This document shows positions 55,447 to 64,000 of a stretch of 64,000 bases of DNA, piece by piece. Numbering within the stretch: position 1 is the first letter of the stretch; every line of letters starts with the position of its first letter. Made by a program: the position numbers and the translations under genes. The notes below the pieces were generated by a model. The model was not told the origin of the DNA, did not search any database, and was given only the letters and a program-made list of their open reading frames with translations. The stretch is from a phage: the sequence record PZ386967.1; one strand, 5' to 3'.

Positions 55447-58400
55447 ATGCAAGAAATGAACCTCAACCGCCGCCCATATTGGGATGACTGGAATCCAGAG
55501 AAGCGTTTTTCGCGCATCCTATTCCGTCCGGCACCTATCAAAGTTCAGACGCGTGAACTGAACCAGATGCAGACCATCTTCCAGGATCAACTGGAGAAAC
55601 TTGGCAACCATCTGTTCAAAGACGGTTCAATGGTTATCCCCGGCGGCCTAACGATCACCAACACTGCTGTGTCCATGAAGTTCACTCTGGCTGGTGGTAG
55701 TGAGTTCACTGATCTGGAAGGTATCTCCGAACTCTATGTTCTGGGCAAGGACAACAATGCGAAAGCACGCGTCCTGTCCTTGGAACGTTATCCAGCTGAG
55801 CCGGATACAATGTATGCCATCTTAGAGATGACTGAGAGTGGTAGTTCAGACGGTTTCGAAGCTGGTGACAATCTATACTTCAACACCTATGACGTGAACG
55901 ATAACTTCATCCGTGTCGGCTATGGTGTGGCCGATACTGTTGGCGGTTCGATTGTCGCTCGCATGACAAAGGGTGTTTATTTCGTTCGTGGTATGTTCCT
56001 GGATGTTGAACCAACCACTTTGATCGTAGACAACGCATCGAACTCTACATCTCACCGCATTGGCTTCAAAGTTACAGAAACAATCGTGACTGAAGCAGAA
56101 GATGAAAGTCTGTTCTCCAATACTCAGGGTACTCCGAACTCTAAAGCCCCTGGTGCGCATCGCCTGCGCGTCGACCTCGTGTTGTCTCGCTACGGTTATG
56201 ATGAAGAAGTGGCCGACTTCGTCGAACTGGCGAAGGTGAAAGACGGTCGCATTCAGTCCATGGTCACCCAGTCAACATACAACATCCTCGAAGACGCCAT
56301 GGCTCAGCGTACCTATGAGACCAATGGTGACTACAACGTCTCTACTCACCAGATCGACCTACGCGAACATCTGAAACAGAACAACAACGGTGGCGTATAC
56401 ACTCCGGCTGAAGGTGGTGATGAAAGCAAATTCGTGGCTGTTATGAAGCCAGGCATTTCCTACGTTCGTGGTCGTCGTATCGAAAACCTCGGCGAAGAGC
56501 TGGTCATAATTGACAAAGCCCGTGACACTGATATCCTGAACAACAACCCTGTGGCTGTTTCGACTGGCAACTATCTGGTGTCCAAGAACTCCAAAGGGGT
56601 TCCGGTTGTCTCCCGCACAATCCGCTACAAGTTCCTGAACGCATCCAGCGATGTGCAGGCCACCGCCCTGCTGATTTCGGCAGAGCGCTCCGGTACTGAA
56701 TTCCGTCTGTATATGCGCGACCTGGTTGTGACTGGGGACATGGGTACTGTTACCAAAGTTGCATACGAAGAAAGCGGCACAACCATGTTCTCCTGCGAAC
56801 TGGAGTCCAATCAGTTCAGCCAGAGTTCAGCAATTGACCTGATCTTCCCTCTGCCTGTATTTGGTGTGAAGACTCTAGCACCTACAGGCACCATCGACAT
56901 CAACTACACCGTCCTGCGGTCAAACAAGATCACGTTGAACGCCGCTGGTGCAGGCTCAATCTCTGCTCCTCTGGGTTACAGCTTCAGCCCTGAGTTTTCA
57001 CTGTACTCCGCAGCGAAGGCAGATGGCACTGCAGCTCAGTTTGATATCTCTTCGGGACTGTCCCTGGCTGGTACTCCGGTTGGTTCAGCACTGCAGATTT
57101 CCCTGGGCGCGGGGTATGCCAACCAGTCTATCAACCTGTTGGCATTGATGGTCCGCACCACAGCGACGATCAAGACCAAGACTGTTACCGAAGCCACCGA
57201 GACTGTGACGTTTACTGCGGCGGCCAGCGCACAACTTGGGAACCATGATGGTTACAAGCTGATCAGCGTGAAGAACGCAAATGGCGCTGACGTCACCTCG
57301 AACTTCACTCTGGACGGTGGTCAACGCGATGCGGCATACTACCTTTCTAACCTCATATCGTCCACAGGAGCCATTTCAGGGACGTTCACGGTGGTGTATC
57401 AGTATTTCGCTCACAGCTCTGGTGATTTCTTCACAGCGGACTCCTATTCGTCCATCAACTACCCAGACATCCCGAACTATGTTTCATCCAGTTCTGGTAC
57501 TGTGTATGGATTGGCCGACAGTCTGGATTTCCGTCCCAAGATCACCAGCGGAGCGTCTGACACGGACATGGTTCGTCCGAACACCGCGATCATCCTAGAT
57601 GCAGAGTACTATCTGCCTCGTATTGATGCTGTGTATCTGGCAGACAACGGCGTGTTCAACGTTGCTCGTGGTGTGAGTTCCAACAACCTGGCTTCCCCTG
57701 CGATCCCAGACAACGGCATGCGCCTGTATGAATTGATGATCCCACCATACACGGCCAACATTGACGACATCCAGATTCGTACTATCGACAACCGCCGCTA
57801 CACGATGCGCGATATCGGTAAACTGGAGACCCGTATCTCCAATGTCGAATATTACACCTCACTGTCTCAGCTGGAATCCTCGGCGATGTCACAACAGGTG
57901 TTCGATCCAATTACTGGTAACCCGCGCTTCAAGAACGGTATCGCAGCAGACCCGTTCAAAGACTTCCGTCTGATCGACGATTTGTCTGCAGACTGGGTGG
58001 GTTCAATCGACACTGACAATGGTCGCCTACGCCCGTTTGTTCAGCAGAACGCGATTGACCTGACGCCAGTCGGTTGGAACAACGTTCAGGATGGCATGGT
58101 TGTATGCAACTACACCCGTGAGATCTCTGTCCGCCAGGACTATGCAACCACGACCATCAACGTGAACCCGTATGCGGTGTTCAACTGGGAAGGCTTCTTG
58201 AAGCTGAACCCGACTACTGATTACTGGTTTGAGAACTACTATGTCACCCCACGTGTGATCAACGAAACGATCAACACCCGTGGTGCGATCAAAGAAGGTT
58301 CTGTGTATGGCACATGGCGTACTGTGTCTGTGTCTGAGCGTGTGTGGGAACCGCATGGTGCAGGTGGTGTATGGTGGGGCTATCGCTACCGCACGACTGT

Positions 58401-60285
58401 GTCTACCCGTGACGTCACCACGTACACGTACACCGACAAGACGACCACTACCCTGACTGGCGAGCAGATCGTTGAAACGCAGGTAATCCCATACATGCGC
58501 AAAACGAATATCAACTTCGAAGCCACAGGTCTACGTCCGTTCACTCGTGTGTATCCGTTCTTCTCTGGACGTGATGTGAGCGCGTACTGTACCCCAAACG
58601 GTGGTGTACTGGGTGGTGCGTTGAACACTGATGCCAACGGCAACATCAAAGGTGTGTTTGCGGTTCCTCAGAACGAGACTATCAAGTTTAACACGGGCGA
58701 CAACGTCTTCCGTCTGACTGACAGTCCTGTGGATAGCAAGTCTGCTGATGATACCCTGACCAATGCCGAGGCTGTTCATAAGTCCTTCGGCAAGAAACAG
58801 GGCATCCAGAAGACTTATGTCAACACTCGCGTCCTGGGATACACTGCGACCAAGTCTACGGAAAACAAAACAGAGACGGTTGAAGTCGCGAAGTGGAAAG
58901 ATCCTATCGCCCAGTCCTTCATGGTTGCCACCAATATCGGCGGCGAATACATCGAAGGTATTGAAGTGTTCTTCTCTACCAAGTCCCGTGATATCCCGAT
59001 CACTCTGGAAATCCGTGAGATGAGCAATGGTCTGCCAGCGACGACTGTCGTCACTCGTAAGACTCTGAATCCATCAGAAGTTTCCATCTCCACAGACTCT
59101 TCTGTGCCGACGATGTTCAAGTTTGATTATCCTGTGTATCTGCAGGCGCAGACTGAGTTCGCGATTGTTCTCTTGGCCAACACTCAGGACTACAACGCAT
59201 ACATCGCAGAGATGGGTAAGAAGAACTTGCTGACCAACGAGTTCATTGCCAAACAGCCGTACACTGGCGTGTTCTTCACATCTTCAAATGGTACGACCTG
59301 GACTCCAAACCAGACTGCCGATATGAAGTTCCGTGTGTATCGCTGTAACTTCTCCGCTGGTTCAAACATCGTGACCTTCGATGCTAAAGTCGGTCCGAAG
59401 ATCCGCCCTCTGGGTCTGAACACCGTGAAATGTGTCAACGGTTCTTCAACTGTTACTGTGTACGCTCCGGGGCATGGCCTGACTGCGGGTGAAAGTGTTA
59501 CTCTGTCTGGATTGACGGGTGGTTGCGGTTTCACTCCTGAGCAGCTGAACGCTCAACACACTGTGACTGATGCGACGTTCACGACGTTCAAATTCGTTCT
59601 GAGTTCCAACGCCGACTCCGACGGTCAGATTGGTGGTGAAGCAGCTTCTTTCCTGGGCAACTACTTGGTAGACATGTTCTACGCAAGCGTCACCAATTCA
59701 GCCCTAGAAGGATCTGTATTGAAACTGGAATACCGCTATCGCGATGCGACCTCCAACTCATTCTCTGATTGGGTTGAGTTCGAATCCGATACGGATGTGT
59801 CTCTACCGACGGAAGGTATCTATCGTCAGGTGGGTGACTTCCAGGTTCGTGCAACCATGACTCGCAACGAGAGTAATGTCTACACGGCTCCAATGATTGA
59901 TGGGGATGATTTCACTATCATCTTCAACACCTACGGTGTGGATCCGTTTGAAGACGTGTTCAGCTACGTGACCAAGGATATCGGATTCGATAACCCTTGC
60001 ACCACTCTGAAACAATACTTCGGCGCGATGCTACCTTCTCAGTCTTCAATGACTGTACAGGTTAAACTGCTGCGCGCAGGTCAGGAGATGGATAATGTGG
60101 CATGGGAAACTGTGACACCGACATCCCCTCTGGTCAATGACGGTTCTACATTCTTCGAATATGAGTATGACAAGACTGTAGACAGCACCAATCCTTTCGT
60201 TGGTCTGAAGATCCGCCTGCTGGTCAGAGGCAACCGCACAGCACCGCCGTCATTCAAAGATTTCCGTTTGATTGCTCTGGCATAA
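55447..60285 (+). CDS. large virion structural protein (baseplate or fibre-associated; family not assigned)
   Basis: Start moved to ATG 55447 (ORF-track start is TTG and contains the promoter motif); 1612 aa; sits between the tailspike genes and the neck genes. Confidence 0.55.
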   Translation: MQEMNLNRRPYWDDWNPEKRFSRILFRPAPIKVQTRELNQMQTIFQDQLEKLGNHLFKDGSMVIPGGLTITNTAVSMKFTLAGGSEFTDLEGISELYVLGKDNNAKARVLSLERYPAEPDTMYAILEMTESGSSDGFEAGDNLYFNTYDVNDNFIRVGYGVADTVGGSIVARMTKGVYFVRGMFLDVEPTTLIVDNASNSTSHRIGFKVTETIVTEAEDESLFSNTQGTPNSKAPGAHRLRVDLVLSRYGYDEEVADFVELAKVKDGRIQSMVTQSTYNILEDAMAQRTYETNGDYNVSTHQIDLREHLKQNNNGGVYTPAEGGDESKFVAVMKPGISYVRGRRIENLGEELVIIDKARDTDILNNNPVAVSTGNYLVSKNSKGVPVVSRTIRYKFLNASSDVQATALLISAERSGTEFRLYMRDLVVTGDMGTVTKVAYEESGTTMFSCELESNQFSQSSAIDLIFPLPVFGVKTLAPTGTIDINYTVLRSNKITLNAAGAGSISAPLGYSFSPEFSLYSAAKADGTAAQFDISSGLSLAGTPVGSALQISLGAGYANQSINLLALMVRTTATIKTKTVTEATETVTFTAAASAQLGNHDGYKLISVKNANGADVTSNFTLDGGQRDAAYYLSNLISSTGAISGTFTVVYQYFAHSSGDFFTADSYSSINYPDIPNYVSSSSGTVYGLADSLDFRPKITSGASDTDMVRPNTAIILDAEYYLPRIDAVYLADNGVFNVARGVSSNNLASPAIPDNGMRLYELMIPPYTANIDDIQIRTIDNRRYTMRDIGKLETRISNVEYYTSLSQLESSAMSQQVFDPITGNPRFKNGIAADPFKDFRLIDDLSADWVGSIDTDNGRLRPFVQQNAIDLTPVGWNNVQDGMVVCNYTREISVRQDYATTTINVNPYAVFNWEGFLKLNPTTDYWFENYYVTPRVINETINTRGAIKEGSVYGTWRTVSVSERVWEPHGAGGVWWGYRYRTTVSTRDVTTYTYTDKTTTTLTGEQIVETQVIPYMRKTNINFEATGLRPFTRVYPFFSGRDVSAYCTPNGGVLGGALNTDANGNIKGVFAVPQNETIKFNTGDNVFRLTDSPVDSKSADDTLTNAEAVHKSFGKKQGIQKTYVNTRVLGYTATKSTENKTETVEVAKWKDPIAQSFMVATNIGGEYIEGIEVFFSTKSRDIPITLEIREMSNGLPATTVVTRKTLNPSEVSISTDSSVPTMFKFDYPVYLQAQTEFAIVLLANTQDYNAYIAEMGKKNLLTNEFIAKQPYTGVFFTSSNGTTWTPNQTADMKFRVYRCNFSAGSNIVTFDAKVGPKIRPLGLNTVKCVNGSSTVTVYAPGHGLTAGESVTLSGLTGGCGFTPEQLNAQHTVTDATFTTFKFVLSSNADSDGQIGGEAASFLGNYLVDMFYASVTNSALEGSVLKLEYRYRDATSNSFSDWVEFESDTDVSLPTEGIYRQVGDFQVRATMTRNESNVYTAPMIDGDDFTIIFNTYGVDPFEDVFSYVTKDIGFDNPCTTLKQYFGAMLPSQSSMTVQVKLLRAGQEMDNVAWETVTPTSPLVNDGSTFFEYEYDKTVDSTNPFVGLKIRLLVRGNRTAPPSFKDFRLIALA

Positions 60286-60334
60286 GTAGTATTAACAAGG
60301 CGGGGTTGCCCCGCCATTAACAGAGGATATTATC

Positions 60335-60583
60335 ATGCGTGGTGTAAAAGTACAAGGGCATGCATCGATGATGAGAAGTAGCTCTTGCCCTGGGGCTATC
60401 ATCTGCACAGACAATGCTGCCGGTTTGGCAGCACTGAACGCTCGTCGAAATCAGGAAGAAAAGGACAAAACTATTGCAGCGCAGGCAGCGCAAATAGATC
60501 AACTGACAGCGATGGTACAACTCATGGCGGAACACCTCGGGATTGAACTCCCTTCAGGAGGCCAAGATGGCAACCCAAACTGA
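60335..60583 (+). CDS. hypothetical protein
   Basis: 82-aa ORF, ATG with AGAGGA SD. Confidence 0.4.
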   Translation: MRGVKVQGHASMMRSSSCPGAIICTDNAAGLAALNARRNQEEKDKTIAAQAAQIDQLTAMVQLMAEHLGIELPSGGQDGNPN

Positions 60584-60905
60584 CACTGTGATCGATGTGA
60601 AAGCGATCCTCACCGGGGTGCTGACGGCGACGATAGTCTCTGTTGGCTCGGTTGTTTGGATGATGGGTAAATTTGAGAATCGCCTTGATGTGGTTGAGCG
60701 TGACTCCAACAAGGTCGACCTAATCCTCACCAAGGTGAACGATATGAATGAGAAGATTGCTGTGTTAAACACAGACGTCAACTACGTTAAGCAGAACGTT
60801 GCTGAGTTGAAACTCAATAGCAACAGTCTATCTGACGACGTTCGCACTTTACGTATCACCGTCGCTGATATCCAGAGCAACAAGGGGAATGGCAATGGCC
60901 GTTAA
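60567..60905 (+). CDS. membrane protein with N-terminal transmembrane helix and coiled-coil
   Basis: Start moved to ATG 60567 with AGGAGG SD; hydrophobic helix ILTGVLTATIVSVGSVVWMM followed by heptad-like sequence. Confidence 0.45.
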   Translation: MATQTDTVIDVKAILTGVLTATIVSVGSVVWMMGKFENRLDVVERDSNKVDLILTKVNDMNEKIAVLNTDVNYVKQNVAELKLNSNSLSDDVRTLRITVADIQSNKGNGNGR

Positions 60906-61647
60906 TTCTATTGTTGATCGTAAAGGATTTATGAATTACATTCTCAAGAAATTGGGGGCACCTGTAATTCAGATCAACCTTGACCCAACGCAAGTTTCGG
61001 ATGCTGTAGACGATGCTCTACAGAAGTTTTGGGAGTATCATCGTGATGGCAGTCAGGACGCATTCTTTGTTCACCAGGTGACTGAAGAAACTATCACCAA
61101 CGGTTACATCGAATTCCCCAAAGACATCGACGACGTGGTTGAAGTCATCGTTGGCCCTCCGATTGAATCGATCGGTAACTGGGCAACCCCTCAATGGCAG
61201 ATGGCCCAAGCCATGTTGGTACCAAAGGCCGCCCTCGTTTCCATCCGCTTGGTCGACTATGTTTCAATGCAACAGCGTTTGTCTGACATAACCAGTGTGC
61301 TGAACGTGAAGCGCACCTTCGTTTACAAGAAATTCCAGCGCAAACTCTACCCACAATTCGCCCTGATAAAGGACGAGGTGTTGGCGTTCAAATGCTTCCA
61401 GAACATCGACCCAGAGGTTGAGGGTAATGAAGAAGCATGGAATGATATGTGGCTGAAGGCATATGCAACTGCGTTGGTCAAGCGCCGCTGGGCAGAAGTG
61501 CTCAAGAAGGCAAGAGGCATCCGTCTCCCTGGCGGTATCGAGCTGGATGGCGATAGTATGTTCAGTGAGGCTGAAGCGGAGATCGAGCGTTTAGAGGAAG
61601 AATTGCGTACTGGTCAGCAGTACCCTATCGACTTCTACATGGGATAA
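60889..61647 (+). CDS. neck protein (gp13-like, by synteny)
   Basis: 252-aa ORF immediately upstream of clear gp14- and gp15-like genes; no direct motif match. Confidence 0.45.
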   Translation: MAMAVNSIVDRKGFMNYILKKLGAPVIQINLDPTQVSDAVDDALQKFWEYHRDGSQDAFFVHQVTEETITNGYIEFPKDIDDVVEVIVGPPIESIGNWATPQWQMAQAMLVPKAALVSIRLVDYVSMQQRLSDITSVLNVKRTFVYKKFQRKLYPQFALIKDEVLAFKCFQNIDPEVEGNEEAWNDMWLKAYATALVKRRWAEVLKKARGIRLPGGIELDGDSMFSEAEAEIERLEEELRTGQQYPIDFYMG

Positions 61648-61649
61648 GG

Positions 61650-61678
61650 AAAGGCGGGATTACCCGCCCTTCTTTTAG
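61650..61678. terminator. bidirectional terminator hairpin
   Basis: Hairpin GGCGGG-ATTA-CCCGCC followed by a T-run; lies between convergent genes. Confidence 0.5.
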
Positions 61679-61887
61679 ATTTTCAAATCCAGGTTTCCGT
61701 TGCCACTACCACGCAGCAGACCGTCTTCTGTCTTGTCTTTGGAGTTCCACCACTCAATGAAGTCTGTGCCATCTACTTCTTTCACCAGACCGACGATGTC
61801 GTAATCACCACCTCCAATCTTGGCGTCTACACAGATGATTCGGACGCGACGACCGCTGCGAACTTCTTTGATGTCTTCCACTTGCAT
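61675..61887 (-). CDS. small hypothetical protein
   Basis: 70-aa ORF, ATG with GAGGAA SD; Gly-rich. Confidence 0.4.
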   Translation of the reverse strand: MQVEDIKEVRSGRRVRIICVDAKIGGGDYDIVGLVKEVDGTDFIEWWNSKDKTEDGLLRGSGNGNLDLKI

Positions 61888-61914
61888 GAGCTATTCCTCA
61901 AAAGAATAAACTTC

Positions 61915-61942
61915 GACTAAATACCTTCAAAATTGAGGGTAT
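61915..61942 (+). promoter_or_regulatory. late-promoter-like motif GACTAAATAC plus leader hairpin
   Basis: CTAAATA core followed by inverted repeat ATACCTTCAA / TTGAGGGTAT ending 5 nt before ATG 61947. Confidence 0.45.
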
Positions 61943-61946
61943 CGAT

Positions 61947-62597
61947 ATGGCCACTTCTAAATATTTCAACGCCACCAATCACCAAGGCACACAGAAGCTG
62001 ATTGAAGATTTGGTACAGGAAATGATTGAGTTGCGCGGGATAGACATCAAGTATATACCCCGTTCCATCGTTGAAAAATTTCCTATCACCAACGATGCTA
62101 ACCACAGATTCGACCAGGCGTTCGACATCGAAGCATACATGCAGGATTACCAGGGCTTCAACACCCAGATGTGGGAGAAGTTTGGGGGTATCCAATTGCA
62201 AGACGAAGTGACGTTCTCTATCTCGCGCCGCCGATTTGCTGAGGTGATAGGCAACGGTGTTGGGTTTGAACAACAACCTCAGGAAGGTGACCTGATCTAT
62301 CTACCACTGGCGAACAAGATCTTCAAGGTCAACAACCCGAACAACGATGAAGACTTCATGCAATTTGGCAAATGGTATACGTTCTCTCTACCGTGCACGT
62401 TGTTCCAGTACGGCAACGAAAACTTCGATACGGGCGTTCCGGAGATCGACGATATCGACAAACGTCTGTCCATCTTGGACGAAGAGAACGAACCGGACGT
62501 GTACAAGGATTCTTCTCTACAGACCGACAATGCTTTAGCAGATGTTCTTGAGAAGGGACTTGCAACAGACAAGATGAAGATCGACTTTGGAGAATAA
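61947..62597 (+). CDS. 14: neck protein (T4 gp14-like)
   Basis: LVQEMIELRGIDIKYIPRSIV, FGGIQLQDEVTFSI and QEGDLIYLPLANKIFKVN resemble recalled T4 gp14 ([52 protein letters not shown]). Confidence 0.65.
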   Translation: MATSKYFNATNHQGTQKLIEDLVQEMIELRGIDIKYIPRSIVEKFPITNDANHRFDQAFDIEAYMQDYQGFNTQMWEKFGGIQLQDEVTFSISRRRFAEVIGNGVGFEQQPQEGDLIYLPLANKIFKVNNPNNDEDFMQFGKWYTFSLPCTLFQYGNENFDTGVPEIDDIDKRLSILDEENEPDVYKDSSLQTDNALADVLEKGLATDKMKIDFGE

Positions 62598-62599
62598 TC

Positions 62600-63295
62600 A
62601 TGGCCAGACCATTTGAAAATTACTTCTACCATGATTCATTGATGAAATACATCAATCTGTTTGCCACCATTATGTCTGACCTGAAGGTGAACACAGAGCG
62701 TGGACTTATGGAAGTCCCATTACACATGGCCATCGGGAGACGCAATGACCTCAACAGGAACGTGCCGTCCAACATGCTTCCATTTGCGACTTTCTCTTTT
62801 GGTCAGTTTGAGATCAACAAACAGGTGACGAAGACGTACCACAATCGACAATCGACACCAACAGCAGGGGCGAAGCAGCGAATCCCCCTGATTATCGATT
62901 TTGAGTACAATATCCGAACCAAGAAATTGGTTGAGATGTTACAGGTGCTAGAGCAGGTTTATTCGGTATTCACTCCCTCTCTAGACTGTGGTATCAAGGA
63001 CAACGATACACTACAGCAAGACCAGAAGATCAAGATCCAACTGGTTAGCCACCAGATGTCCGATAACTGGGAAGGGGATGCTTCTGATTCACCACACGTC
63101 GACTGCTCCTTCATGTTCCAGCTGAGTGGCTTCATCTACGGGTATGACTATTGGGTGGACAACGGTGGAGGTGGGGATCCTAACGGGATCAAAGAGATAA
63201 TTATCGAAATGTCTAATGATTTGAAAACACCGTGGACGGAACTGCCAGAGTGGTTCCGTGTTGACAAAGACGGTGTACATCATCCTGGAGATTGA
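62600..63295 (+). CDS. 15: tail sheath stabiliser / tail completion protein (T4 gp15-like)
   Basis: N-terminal FENYFYHDSLMKYINLFATIMSDL resembles recalled T4 gp15 (FGYFYNSSFRRYATLMGDLFSNI); GGAG SD. Confidence 0.65.
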   Translation: MARPFENYFYHDSLMKYINLFATIMSDLKVNTERGLMEVPLHMAIGRRNDLNRNVPSNMLPFATFSFGQFEINKQVTKTYHNRQSTPTAGAKQRIPLIIDFEYNIRTKKLVEMLQVLEQVYSVFTPSLDCGIKDNDTLQQDQKIKIQLVSHQMSDNWEGDASDSPHVDCSFMFQLSGFIYGYDYWVDNGGGGDPNGIKEIIIEMSNDLKTPWTELPEWFRVDKDGVHHPGD

Positions 63296-63297
63296 TT

Positions 63298-64000
63298 ATG
63301 AGTGCTATGTCAGAACGCCTATTATCCACCCTCAGTGCTATCCAAGCGCGAGATGAGGTCGCTCAAGAAGTCATGGAGAAGACCTCGCCTGTGGCTGGAA
63401 AAGATTACGATCCGGATACAGGTGAATGGTTGGGTGAAAAGCCTGCGGGGTATGAGTCTGCGGGGTATGAGCCTGTGGTGTTTCCTCCTTCATTGGACCC
63501 AGAAGAGCTGAAGCCCAAGGAGTCTAAGGTTCCAGACTTCGAAGACACTGATGCCACCACCGACTACAAACGCATCCGTGACACGACTTATGCCATGCAG
63601 GAAGCCACGATGTTCATGATGGGACAGGCAGCCAAACTTGCGACGACGACTGAAGCACCCCGTGCCTTCACAGTCTTTAAAGAGTTGGGTGAACTCATGC
63701 GCGGTCTGAACAAAGACCTGATGGAGAACCAGAAAACTATCAAGGCAGTCACGGGCGACAGAGAGCCACCTCCTGGAGATGAAACAACCGTCGAGGTCAC
63801 CACGTCCCCTGATGGCACAACCACGGTCAACGTCGGTAAACAGGCCAGGTCTTCCCGTGATCTACTGAAGACCATCGAAGACGCCCGTAAACGTGCTGAA
63901 GAACGTGCTGCAGCGAAAGCTGCGTCCAAAGGACCTGATCCCGAAGAAGATGTAATCGACGTTCAGGCCGAGCCGCAGCCGAAGGAAGAAGGTGAAGACA
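63298..64000 (+). CDS. 16: terminase small subunit (T4 gp16-like), 3'-partial
   Basis: Hand-translated frame from ATG 63298 (GGAG SD) stays open to the window end; DYKRIRDTTYAMQEATMFMMGQAAKLA...PRAFTVFKELGELMRGLNKDLMENQK resembles recalled T4 gp16. Not in the ORF track because it has no stop. Confidence 0.6.
   Translation, partial: MSAMSERLLSTLSAIQARDEVAQEVMEKTSPVAGKDYDPDTGEWLGEKPAGYESAGYEPVVFPPSLDPEELKPKESKVPDFEDTDATTDYKRIRDTTYAMQEATMFMMGQAAKLATTTEAPRAFTVFKELGELMRGLNKDLMENQKTIKAVTGDREPPPGDETTVEVTTSPDGTTTVNVGKQARSSRDLLKTIEDARKRAEERAAAKAASKGPDPEEDVIDVQAEPQPKEEGED

Noticed and set aside
63588-63929. Minus-strand ORF 63588..63929 and plus-strand ORF 63302..63511
   Set aside because: Both lie inside the hand-translated gp16-like small-terminase frame starting at 63298, which has an SD and recognisable homology; they are antisense or out-of-frame chance ORFs.

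Overview
The window reads as a densely packed segment of a T4-like myovirus genome. A long minus-strand early/middle block (about 0.4-36.1 kb) carries replication and nucleotide-metabolism genes: family-B DNA polymerase (gp43-like), topoisomerase II large and medium subunits (gp39/60- and gp52-like), rIIA, rIIB, a DexA-like exonuclease, dCMP deaminase, a MazG-like pyrophosphatase, a P-loop kinase, a HAD phosphatase, a PLP-dependent enzyme and a macro-domain protein, plus many small unknown proteins. This is followed by four minus-strand tRNA genes (Ser-GCU, Tyr-GUA, Asn-GUU, Met-CAU), then an ORF-free, GC-rich, inverted-repeat-dense island of about 1.8 kb (37.47-39.29 kb). A plus-strand late block (40.4-64 kb) encodes a gp6-like baseplate wedge protein, four tailspike-like proteins that share one anchor module, a 1612-aa structural protein, gp13/14/15-like neck and tail-completion proteins, and the 5' part of a gp16-like small terminase. 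The multi-tailspike layout suggests a ViI/CBA120-type (Ackermannviridae-like) phage; this is inference from gene content. The ORF track counts GTG/TTG as starts, so several starts were moved to a downstream ATG with a Shine-Dalgarno (SD) sequence; all starts remain approximate. Most notable: the ORF-free structured island beside the tRNAs, a frame break inside the topoisomerase ATPase domain, a recurring CTAAATA late-promoter-like motif followed by a 5' hairpin, recombination-prone repeats around the tailspike genes, and a possible DNA-hypermodification gene set. No homology search or RNA-folding computation was run; every call rests on motifs recognised by eye and recalled T4 sequences.
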